A program made the translations under genes and the position numbers. A stretch of DNA of 64,000 bases from Octopus sinensis (Eukaryota): the NCBI RefSeq assembly GCF_006345805.1, contig NW_021834475.1, positions 1 through 64,000 of the forward strand, in the 5' to 3' direction. Below the pieces are notes generated by a model. That model was not told the DNA's origin and did no database searches. It saw nothing but the letters and a program-made list of their open reading frames with translations. Positions 30,165 through 42,294 of this stretch are shown here, piece after piece; within the stretch, counting starts at the first letter, position 1; every line of letters begins with the position of its first letter.

Positions 30165-32222
30165 CTGCGGAGACAATACTGCTCTGTCTTCAGTAACCCT
30201 GATGCGGTCGATCTGGCTAGTATCAGTGGTGTAAACCCTCAACTAACAATATCTTGATATCCTGGTATCTTGATATCCTGGAATCTTGATACCTTGGTAT
30301 CTTGATATCCTGGAATCTTGATATCCTGGAATCTTGATATCCTGGTATCTTGATACCTTGGTATCTTGATATCCTGGAATCTTGATATCCTGGAATCTTG
30401 ATAACCTGGAATCTTGATACCCTGGTATCTTGATATCCTGGAATCTTGATATCCTGGAATATTGATATCCTGGTATCTTGATACCTTGGTATCTTGATAT
30501 CCTGGAATCTTGATATCCTGGAACCTTGATATCCTGGAATCTTGATATCCTGGTATCTTGATACCTTGGTATCTTGATATCCTGAAATCTTGATATCCTC
30601 GTATCTTGATACCTTGGTATCTTGATATCCTGGAATCTTGATATCCTGGAATATTGATATCCTGGAATATTGATAACCTGGAATCTTGATATCCTGGTAT
30701 CTTGATATCCTGGAATCTTGATATCCTGGAATCTTGATATCCTGGAATCTTGATATCCTGGAATCTTGATACCCTGGAATATTGATATCCTGGAATCTTG
30801 ATATCCTGGAATCTTGATATCCTGGAATCTTGATATCCAGGAATATTGATATCCTGGAATCTTGATATCCTGGAATCTTGATATCCTGGTATCTTGATAT
30901 CCTGGAATCTTGATATCCTGGAATGTTGATATCCTGGAATCTTGATATCCTGGAATCTTGATATCCTGGAATATTGATATCCTGGTATCTTGATATCCTG
31001 GTATCTTGATATCCTGGAATCTTGATATCCTGGAATATTGATATCCTGGAATCTTGATATCCTGGAATCTTGATATCCTGGAATCTTGATATCCTGGAAT
31101 ATTGATATCCTGGAATATTGATATCCTGGTATCTTGATATCCTGGAATCTTGATATCCTGGTATCTTGATATCCTGGAATCTTGATATCCTGGTATCTTG
31201 ATATCCTGGAATCTTGATATCCTGGAATCTTGATATCCTGGAATCTTGATATCCTGGTATCTTGATATCCTGGAATCTTGATATCATGGTATCTTGATAT
31301 CATGGTATCTTGATATCCTGGAATATTGATATCCTGGTATCTTGATACCTTGGTATCTTGATATCCTGGAATCTTGATATCATGGTATCTTTATATCCTG
31401 GAATCTTGATATCCTGGTATCTGATACCTTGGTATCTTGATATCCTGGAATCTTGATATCCTGGAATCTTGATATCCTGGAATCTTGTTATCTGGTATCT
31501 TGATATCCTGGAATCTTGAGTATCATGGTATTTGATATCATGGTATTTTGATATCCTGGAATCTTGATATCCTGGTATCTTGATACCTTGGTATCTTGAT
31601 ATCCTGGAATCTTGATATCATGGTATCTTTATATCCTGGAATCTTGATATCCTGGTATCTTGATACCTTGGTATCTTGATATCCTGGAATCTTGATATCC
31701 TGGAATCTTGATATCCTGGAATCTTGTTATCCTGGTATCTTGATATCCTGGAATCTTGATATCATGGTATTTTGATATCATGGTATTTTGATATCCTGGA
31801 ATCTTGATATCCTGGTATCTTGATACCTTGGTATCTTGATATCCTGGAATCTTGATATCATGGTATCTTTATATCCTGGAATCTTGATATCCTGATATCC
31901 TAAGAGAAATAGATAAGATCAAGCACAACTCAGCAGTAGGTCCCGATAAGTTCCCGGCCATTGTCCTGAAGATGTGTCGACATCAAATTGCACTCCTTCT
32001 AGCTGAGCTCTGGAGAAACTCCCTTGATGCAGGCTGCATTCCTGCTGGTCCTTTCCTTTTCCCAGTCTGTCGTTCCAGTCTTCAGAAAGGGAAACAAATG
32101 TCTTTCAGTGAACTACCGTTCGATTTCACTCACTTCTCATATCATTAAAGTATTTGAGAGGGTGGTGAGATCGCGAATGACTCCCTTCCTCGAAGACAAC
32201 AATCTGCTGAACCCCAACCAAC
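30165..32222 (+). mobile_element. CR1/L2-like LINE ORF2 fragment interrupted by a 16-bp satellite
   Basis: LRRQYCSVFSNPD before the array; DILREIDKIKHNSAVGPD...PVFRKG...NYRSISLTSHIIKVFER...LLNPNQ after it. Confidence 0.85.
30249..31900. repeat. 16-bp satellite (ATCTTGATATCCTGGA/T), about 103 units, with a 240-bp higher-order repeat at its right end
   Basis: Direct reading. Blocks 31322-31560, 31561-31800 and 31801-31897 share the same variant order. Confidence 0.97.
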
Positions 32223-32224
32223 AG

Positions 32225-32400
32225 GATTTCCACCAACTCCAATGCTGGACAGTTTCTTCAGCAGGATTTTGTGGTCCGCTCTGTCAAATGCTTTGTTGAA
32301 ATCAAGGTATATGACGTCGGTGGTGGGCCCCTCTCCCAAACATTTTTAGATGCCATCAAACTGATGCAGAAGCTGAGACGGACCAACTTCCTACACTCGG
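32225..32400 (-). mobile_element. Inverted RT segment of a CR1/L2-like LINE
   Basis: SQLLHQFDGI*KCLGEGPTTDVIYLDFNKAFDRADHKILLKKL..GVGG on the minus strand, abutting the plus-strand NPNQ. Confidence 0.8.
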
Positions 32401-32647
32401 ATACGTTTCCAACAATAATAACGCTTTGCTAGAGCAGGCTTTCGGGCCCCATATATGACTAACAGACTTCACCAGGTGGCGCTATTGAGTTAGGCATGGC
32501 CTGGGCCTATGCTGGCCGAAACCTACCAAAGTTATCAAAGTTATATATATATATATTATATATATACAGAAAGAGAGACAGAGAGAGAGACAGAGAGAGA
32601 GAATGATATAAAATATAGTCATGTGTGTGTACAAGTGTGTGTGTGTG

Positions 32648-32679
<32 letters not shown>

Positions 32680-32849
32680 GCACATATATCCATATATATA
32701 TATACATGTATAATATATATATATAGTTTTTTTTATCTAGTTTCAGCTCACAAGCTGTGGCCATGCTGGGGCACCGCCATTTGGTGTTGCTACATGATTT
32801 TACTTCACGAATGCCTTTTAGCAATTGCCATCTGTTGCGTGAGAGAGTT

Positions 32850-33200
32850 CGATGCCCAAATGGTAGACATTTCATTTATATCATTCTCTCTCATCTGCAC
32901 CTCCTGCCGTGAAGTTGGTTCATCTGGGACACCTGACAGGAAGAGATCCAGTTTTATTTTAAAGACATCCGCATCCACCCCATGCAGGTCTCTTAGGTTC
33001 TTCGGGAGGATATTGAAGAGCTGTGGGCCTCGGAATCCCAGGCTATCACAGTATCTTGTCTTACATCTTGATGGCAAATTTGGAGCCGAAGTTTGGGAAA
33101 GTCCTTCTAGGATCTTCCAGATGTATATTATGGCATATCATTCTCGCCTACGCTCTAAGGAATAGAGTCTCAATCTCTTGAGTCTTTCCCAATAGCTTAT
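32850..33200 (-). mobile_element. CR1/L2-like ORF2 C-terminal fragment
   Basis: YWERLKRLRLYSLERRR, IWKILEGL and GPQLFNILPKNLR...FKIKLDLFLSGVPDEP motifs. Confidence 0.8.
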
Positions 33201-33255
33201 ATGCGTGGGGGGTTGATGGAAACACAGACACACAAACACTTACATACATACATAT

Positions 33256-33286
<31 letters not shown>

Positions 33287-33453
33287 CATACGACAGGCTT
33301 CATTCAGTTTCCGTCTACCAAATCCACTCACAAGGCTTTGGTCAGCCCATGGCTATAGTAGAAGACACTTGCCGAAGGTGCCACGCAGTGGTACTGAACC
33401 CAGAACCATGTGGTTGGTAAGCAAGTTACTTTCCACATATCCACTCTTGCGCC
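33200..33453 (-). mobile_element. Family-A SINE head interrupted by a LINE fragment
   Basis: Head at 33,453; a SINE-like tail resumes near 32,790-32,720. Confidence 0.75.
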
Positions 33454-33460
33454 TATATTA

Positions 33461-33509
<49 letters not shown>

Positions 33510-34291
33510 TAAATTAGTTATAAACCTCTATTAAGCAAATCAAATAGTGAAAAATCATAAGCCAATACATAGAAATAAATTTTTTTTTAAATGTATAAAA
33601 ATATAAAGTAGGAAATAAAATAAAATTAAAAAATTTTAAATTAAAGTTTAAATTTTTAAATATTATAAATAGTTAAAAACTTATAAATTAAATCTTATAT
33701 ATATTATATATATATATATTTTATTATTTTTATTTTATTTATTTAAATATATTAAATAAATAAATAAATAATAAATAAAATAATAATAATAAATAAATAA
33801 ATAAATATATATATACATATAAGAGCAAAATGGCGAGGTCAAACTGATATATGTTCATAATTAACATATGCCAATTTGAACTCACCATTTTCCTTTTATC
33901 GTTGTCAATAGACAACGATGCTTATGAATACTTATCGATTTCTATTGAAGAAATTTTTCTGCTAACTATTATATATTGGGCATTGTACAGTTAACCAGTG
34001 CAAATTGGATGTTTTACATCACAACAAGAGGAGCATATTTCCCCTTTTGGAACTTTTACATATATATATATATATATATTCCCACCTCTGGATCTTTCCA
34101 TCTCCTAAGTTTCCGACGAGGAGCTCCGCTCGAAACGTTAAACCCTCCATCTTTCCTTCTTTCCTGACCGTCCAATAATACTATATTTGTTCCACATCCT
34201 CGCGTTGTTGTGTTTCTTTTGTGTTTTCATGTTTGGATTAACTATATTATATATATTATATATATTATATATATATATTATATAATATATA

Positions 34292-35898
34292 TCTTATTAT
34301 AAAAGGCAGATTTTATCTGCCTCCCTTTGTAAGTTATAGAAATCTACAATATAGGATTTCTTCAATTACAATTTACCTAGCATTTTAAGAGTAGAATGCA
34401 TCGGGTCATGCCAGGTCCAGTTTTTAAATTCAAACTCCAATTAAGCAAAATTTACAGAAACTCACATTCTGGTGTGTATGTCAAATGCTTTTCTTAATGT
34501 GGTTTACACCACACGCACACGCACACACACAGTGTGCAACGAATAAATGAAGGTAAATAGCGACAGAGTGATTTGAGGAAGACTAAACTGAAAGTATTTA
34601 AACCACTACTCAAAAAAAAAAAACACAGCAAACAGAAACAAATAATACATAACGATTTACTCCTCACACAATTTCTTCAATTAGTGTGTACCCATGATTT
34701 TTCAGAGTACTTCAGTGGGTGATGCCATAAAAATTCTTTCAATTTTACCACCAATTAAGACAAAATTCGAGAAAACTCAATATTTAACATATCACTCCGA
34801 AAACATGATGTACATGAGTGCGTGCGTGAGTGTTGTGTGTCATTCCTCACCACACACGCATACACATACATATATATGAGAGTGGCAAAACACAACGTTT
34901 CAAACAACTACATACAAACACGGTGTGTTTGTTATTAGTAAAAAAGGCGCCAAAACACAACTCACTTATCATTCCAACACATTTGCAAAACACACGGACG
35001 GTGGAATTGCTATAACAATACAGAAAAGGTAAATTGGTTTTTATTTTACTCTGTATATATTTATTATATAATATATATAGATATATGTATATATAATTGC
35101 AGTATGAAACAGTGTTTATGTATAAACAGACGACACTATATATAGTTATTATAATAAGAGATTAATAAATGTATGCATCCGTTTAACCCTTTCGTTTACC
35201 AAACCGCCCGAATTTACCTATTCATATTTAAATGAGAATATCAGAGCAAATCTCTTTAGTACATTCGTGAAAACACGTATTATACTTCGTAAACACTTCA
35301 ACTACAGTTTTGTACATAAATCGAAGTGTAATTTTAATTCCGTGAATTATGGGAGATTTTTTTCCGAAATTTGTTCCTATTGTGTTTTCAAAATTTGTAA
35401 TTCTGACAAAAAATGGATACGAATTTCATTATATCAAGCAGCGAGTCAGAATTCGAAGGATTTTCTACTGAAGACCTTCATAAATCTAACTCTATGACTG
35501 AAAAAAAAAAAGCATCTATATAAGAGTGAAGTTGTGTGTCTGTCTCCTACGATTTAGATTCCTAACTACTCCCACATTTGCGGTGCAGTTTAACCAAAAG
35601 CGGGTATCTTATAGTCGTGATTCATATCGAGCCCTTCTGGGTATTAGCGCGCGTCTACGATGAGGGTCTACGATTTAAAAAAATTTACATCATATTTTCC
35701 ATTTTAATGCATTTTTTTCGCTTTTTATAAGGGAAGTAACTCTCTAAAAATATCTACGATGTGTCAACGATTTAAAAAAAATTTACCTTAATTTTTTCAA
35801 TTTTTAATGCATTTTTTCTATTTTTTGGCTATAACTCTCTAAAAATGCTTATATAGTTATTTCCCTTACACCCGAGCAACGCCGGGCGATACTGCTAG
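34292..35898 (+). mobile_element. Non-autonomous Helitron, copy 1 of a head-to-tail pair
   Basis: A|TC start; subterminal hairpin cccgagcaacgccggg; CTAG end. Contains the short Helitron module from 35,515. Confidence 0.8.
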
Positions 35899-37135
35899 TA
35901 TTATTATAAAAGGCAGATTTTATCTGCCTCCCTTTGTCACTTATAGAAATCTACAATATAGGATTTCTTCAATTACAATTTACCTAGCATTTTAAGAGTA
36001 GAATGCATCGGGTCATGCCAGGTCCAGTTTTTAAAATTTTAAACTCCAATTAAGCAAAATTACAGAAAACTCACATTCCGGTGTGTATGTCAAATGCTTT
36101 CTTAGTCTGGTTTACAGCACACGCAAACGCACACACACAGTGTGCAACGAATAAAATGAACTAATTCACTGTGTGTGTGTTGACAGTTAGACAATAGAAT
36201 GCGATGGCGATGTAATATTTGTTTCTGTCTATCACGCTGATAGATACATGAGTAAAATGTATGGCAAGCTAAGAGATAAGAGTGAGTGAAAATGTTCTTG
36301 GAAGAGAGTAAATAGCGACAGAGTGATTTGAGGAAGACTAAACGAAAGTATGAAACAGTGTTTATGTATAAACAGACGACACTTATATATAGTTATTAAT
36401 AAATGTATGCATCCGTTTAACCCTTTCGTTACCAAACCGCCCGAATTACCTATTCATATTTAATGAGAATATCAGAGTAAATCTCTTTAGTACATTCGTG
36501 AAAACACGTATTATACTTCGTAAACACTTCAACTACAGTTTTGTACAAAAATCGAAGTGTAATTTTAATTCCGTGAATTATGGGAGATTTTTTTCCGAAA
36601 TTGTTCCTATTGTGTTTCAGAATTTGTAATTCTGACAAAAAATGGATACGAATTTCATTATATCAAGCAGCGAGTCAGAATTCGAAGGATTTTCTACTGA
36701 AGACATTCATAAATCTAACTCGATACTGAAAAAAAAAAAGCATCTTTATATAAGAGTGAAGTTGTGTGTCTGTCTCCTACGATTTAGGTTCCTAACTACT
36801 CCCACATTTGCGGTGCAGTTTAACCAAAAGCGGGTATCTTATAGTCGTGATTCATATCGAGCCCTTCTGGGTATTAGCGCGCGTCTACGATGAGTCTACG
36901 ATTTTTAAAAAAATTTACCATCATATTTTTCCATTTTAATGCATTTTTCGCTTTTATATAAGGGAAGTAACTCTCTAAAAATATCTACGATGTGTGTCAA
37001 CGATTTAAAAAAAAATTTACCTTAATTTTTTTTCAATTTTTAATGCATTTTTTGGCTTTTTTTGGCTATAACTCTCTAAAATGCTTATAAAGTTATTTCC
37101 CTTACAACCCGAGCAACGCCGGGCGATACTGCTAG
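35899..37135 (+). mobile_element. Non-autonomous Helitron, copy 2 of a head-to-tail pair
   Basis: Starts immediately after the CTAG of copy 1 with the same 5' sequence (TA for TC); same hairpin and CTAG end. Confidence 0.8.
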
Positions 37136-38404
37136 ATATATATATATATATATTATAATATATATATATAGTTAATCCAAACAAGAAAGCACAAAAAAAC
37201 ATAGTATTATTGGACGTTCAAGAAAAAAGGAAAGAAGGAGGGTTTAACGTTTCGAGCTGAGCTCTTCGTCGGAAACATAGAAGGAAAGATCCAGAGAAGG
37301 GAAGACAGAGGAAAAAAAATCAGCAACGGTACACACGCGGAGACTATCTTCACACTATCATAGGTTATACAAATATACATATCCTGAATGTTATACACTT
37401 TCTTTCATGTATGTATATTCTGTTCTGATGTTAATGTATCTATCCCATCATAGTGATGACTGTGTTGTTGATAAAATCTTTATTTTTATATAATTATACT
37501 TTCGTTCATTACTTTCCGTGTCATGCGCCAGAAACTTCATTTGGAAGGAGAAACATTTTACTGACGATAATGTTTTCTCATTTTATTAAATAAACAGTAT
37601 TATTTTACGGAGATGTACTTGCATAGCAAGTGATATGATCTGAGATCGTGTGCTTGAACGAAAACAATTGCAGCGTGGAAGGTGTTTGTAAGCCATTTAA
37701 GAAACGCACAAAAGCCGTTCGATTCACTTCAACATTTAAGTTTAATTTGTCAAAATATTTTCGTCGCTAAAATCCGCGACCTCTCCACTGACAAAACTCC
37801 GTACTGCATCTCAGTATTATTTTATTTAAATGCAAACCAAATCCAAAAACGAAGTATTCTTTTATTTAAATGAAATACTTAGCCCAGAAAATATACTTTT
37901 CCTTACGAGTGCAATAAGATATCGTAAAAACGGTGCGAAGTGAAACGATGTACAAACAAATGAAACTTCAACCCCGGAAAACTGAATCAGTTGTTTTCAT
38001 TAATTATGTTCCGATGTGTATTTTAATTTAAGCAACACTTATTAATGAAAATAATATATATTGGCTCTTTTCAATTACTGGGCTTCTTCTCCTAAAACGG
38101 AAAATATTTTTGGAAGGAACAGTATGAATTGAGAAAATTGTTTATATGTAACTATGTTTAGTAGAGAAACCTACAGAATTTCCGCTGCTTTCTACTATTT
38201 ATATAATTTTGTCATTACTTTCAACTGGTCCTTTCATGATCTGACGGTTTTGAGGAATGTTAATTTGCAAGTTTTCATCTACCATAATGTTTTAATTCTT
38301 ATAATCCAAAGTAGATTATATATTTGGTGGATTATCGACGTTATTATTCTCATCAATGTTTCTTTTTTCTGTCAATTCACAGACATTTGTTTTTATATTT
38401 CCAT

Positions 38405-38443
38405 TTATGCGTTCGTTTCTGCTGTTCTGGAATTTTCTGAAGT
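38405..38443 (-). CDS. Probable terminal coding exon of aGPCR B
   Basis: Mirror of 19903-19941. Confidence 0.58.
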   Translation of the reverse strand, partial: TSENSRTAETNA

Positions 38444-39900
38444 CTGGAAAACAATGAGAAAATTTATGTTATTTTTTAAAGTAAAATCTCCCTGGCCCTT
38501 ATATCTTATAAATAATCCTATAATCCCATCTGTCATCTACTGTTTTCCATACATTAAAGATATGAATTACCGAAGAATCATGGATGACCAACGCAATTTA
38601 TATTGAAAACATTAATTACAGAAACTAATGGCGAGAATTTAATTATCAGGATTATGTCGTGAAATATTGGCAATATGGTTCAGGAAATCTTCCAGAAAAA
38701 CTGGACAAGTTGAGAGAGAATATATGAGAGAATTCTTAGTTTGTTCTGTGGATGTATGTTTTACGTAGATCTATCCGTGGCAGAGTGTAGACATGGTCCT
38801 ACCTATGGCAGTATTTAAAATTTTATATAGATTATCTATAGTAATATGTATTTTTCGCTATGCCTATCTTGGCAATATGTATATTCTACATGGACGTATC
38901 CATGGCAACATGTACATTTCACAAACATCTATCAATCCATAACTTGCTTCGCTCTGTCTGTCTGTCTCTTTCTCTCGCTCCCTCTCTTCTGTCTGTCTCT
39001 CTGTCACCATCTGTGGCACTCCATCGGTTACGACAACGAACGTTCCAGTTTATTTGATCAACGGAACAGACTACTCGGGAAATTAGCGCTCACGTGGGTG
39101 TGTAATCCACAGGCATACGTAACCCGGATGTATTTGTCAGGGAGTTTCAGTGTGACACAGAATGTAACATGGTTAGTCCCTAAGAAATGCAGGTACAACT
39201 CACTTTTGCCCAGCAACATGAAATAAAGTGTCTTGCTCAAGATCAAAACGCGTCGCTGGGAATTGAACCCACAACCTTAAGATCGTAGCCGAATGCCCTA
39301 ACTGCTAAGCCATGCGCCAACTCTCTGTCACTTTAGGTATGTATATAGAAATGAACATTATAATATAATAACTATATATATATATAATTATATAATATAT
39401 ATAATATAATATCTCAAAATAAGCAACAAGAATGACTCCGGTAATTTGTACAATTGTTTCGCACTACATCATTTTATTAAATGTTGTAAGTATTACAACA
39501 GATTTAAGATGCTGAGTACTCATCAGCCAATTATAGAGGTTTCCTTTAATACAAAAGTTTTGAAATTAAGTGGCAAATTATAGAGAAGGTAGTAGATATA
39601 CAGACATTATAGAGAAGGTAGATTTAAATTTAAGAACATATAAGGTAGTGAAGTCCTTCCACTGACTGACAAGATATGGCTCTTCCTAACTGCTATAATG
39701 TTAGAAGTAATAAAGATTTTTTAATTGTAGAAATGGAGTAAAGGAGGTTTCAGAATACCATAAAAGGAATTCATGTTGAAGACAGCAATTGCCACTAACA
39801 AATGCCAATTACTACTATTTGATGAGAGAAACTAGGTCAGTGTCAAGTGGTCATTAATCCCAAATATATCTATCTATCTATCTATCTATCTTATATATAT

Positions 39901-39944
<44 letters not shown>

Positions 39945-40814
39945 ATATATATATAAATACCAAATATATATATATATATATATAAAATACATATATATAT
40001 ATATATATAATATATAGGTTATATAAAATACATATATATATATATATAGATATATGTAATGTTTTGTATACATACATAAAGATGATGACGATAGTGATGA
40101 TGATGATGACATCTGTAGAGTTGTATTTATTACGATGTCTATCCTGTCCTGAAAACGATGGTATAGTCAATGGTTGTGTTGGGATAGAAGTGGTGTTTGT
40201 GATTAGACCCATAATGACTGATTGGCCCTGGTTGTGGTGGTGGTGGTGGTATGATAAAAATGACGAGATTTCACTTACTTGTATTGGTTCTACACGTTTT
40301 CTGGCGTTTTCTTTCTTTCCTTTACGTAAACACGGACAAATGACATCTCTGGCATCTTTCTTGCATATACAGTAGAATATGAAAATAAACATTCCTTGAA
40401 GGGTATTGAAGATAGCGAAGAGTAATTGAAACACTTGAGCTGCTTCGCCAAAAGCGAGGAATGCTAAGACCCAGGACAACCCAAACAGGGAAATCAAACC
40501 AACGATACCCAAAATACGTGGTTTTCTTGTTTCGTGTTGGAAGTGTTTGTCCCTTTGCATTGAGATGAGTCGTAAGATGACGAGGAAGAACATGGTAAGG
40601 TTGAAGAGGAGGATGATGGCCACGGGAGCCAGGAAAGCGGCATAGAAAGGTCCCTTGGTTAACCAACAGCTAGAAAGAGATAGAAAAGGGAATGAAGAAA
40701 GGGAATTGAATCAAATGTTTTGTACATTCACAAAAGGCATACTTATCGAATGTTTCAGTAGGAAAACACTGGAAGACATCACTATCCTTCAGAACACACG
40801 CACACACACACACA

Positions 40815-40849
<35 letters not shown>

Positions 40850-41103
40850 GCACACACACACACGCACACACACGCACACACACACACACACGCGCACGCA
40901 CACACACACACAACACACACATGCACACATACGCACACACACGCGCGCCACACACCACGCACACACACACACACACACCACACAACACACACCACACACA
41001 CAACACATGCACACACACCACACACACACACACACAACACGCACACCACACACCACATACGCACACACACACACATACACACACACATACACACAAGCAC
41101 ACG

Positions 41104-41136
<33 letters not shown>

Positions 41137-41266
41137 GCACACACACACACACACACATGCACACACACACGCACACACACACACACGCACACACACACGC
41201 CACACACACACTCACACACACACAGACACGCACACACACACACACACACGCATATATATTTGTAAA

Positions 41267-41297
<31 letters not shown>

Positions 41298-42227
41298 CAT
41301 GGCTCAGTGGTCAGAGCGTCGAGCTTACGATCGTGAGGTTGTGAGCTCGAATCCCGGACCGGGCTGCGTGTTGTGTTCTTGAGCAAAGCACTTTATTTCA
41401 CGTTGCTCCAGTTCACTCAGCTGTAGAAATGAGTTGCGACGTCACTGGTGCCAAGCTGTATCGACCTTTGTCTTTCCCTTGGATAACACTGGTGGCGTGG
41501 AGAGGGGAGGCTGGTATGCATGGGCGACTGCTGGTCTTCCATAAACAACCTTGCCCGGACTTGTGTCTAGGAGGGTAACTTTCTAGGTGCAATCCCATGG
41601 TCATTCATGACCGAAGGGGGTCAATAAATAATATATATATATATATCAATTAGTTTTGCAAGAGTCTTGATGTGAAATCGTGTGTTGAAACGGATATTGT
41701 TGTCCTCCGGGATGGTCATTTTATTTATTTTGTTTTTTTTTTGGCAAATACACACACTATTATTTTTCTTCACTAGTTTATAACTGTTAATTTAATTATT
41801 TTCACACCTGTCCATTGTCCGGAAAAATAATAAAATGACCATTGCACTCCAACGAATTTTTTCACCATCTAGGCTTTAAAAAGCCCTCAATGTTGGTTTC
41901 CTTGTCCTGTTTTTGTCCTTGTCTTGTTTTTGTCCTGTTGGCTTCCTTGTCCTGTTTTTGTCCTGTTCTTGTCACTTTTTCTCTTTTTTTTACCCCTCTG
42001 CAAAAGAATTTTAATTCATTTTGCAGGAAGGACTGCTTCGGCCGGATCGTGTTCTGCCCTTACCTTCGAAACACGCATTGAGTCGAAACAGGGGCAGCTG
42101 ATGAACGGGAATATTCCTTGTGTTTGTTTGTTGTCTCTGTTTTTTTGTTGTTAAAAAAAGTCCGTTCCCTTGTTTGTTTTTATGTTTTCGTTTCTCGTTG
42201 TGTTCTACGTTTTTGTGGCGTCCTGTA

Positions 42228-42294
<67 letters not shown>

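Noticed and set aside
30223-31303. Two 354-aa repetitive ORFs
   Set aside because: They are frames of the 16-bp satellite (48-bp periodicity), break at indels and have no splice or start context.
22831-33453. SINEs at 22,831 and 33,453 as a mirrored pair extending the arms
   Set aside because: The heads share a few variants but the tails differ and the family is abundant, so orthology cannot be shown; arm ends were left at about 22,010 and 33,505.
42060-42125. Hammerhead in the 460-bp direct-repeat module (CTGATGA with nearby GAAAC)
   Set aside because: No GAAA follows helix II, and permuted type II/III folds lack a helix I.
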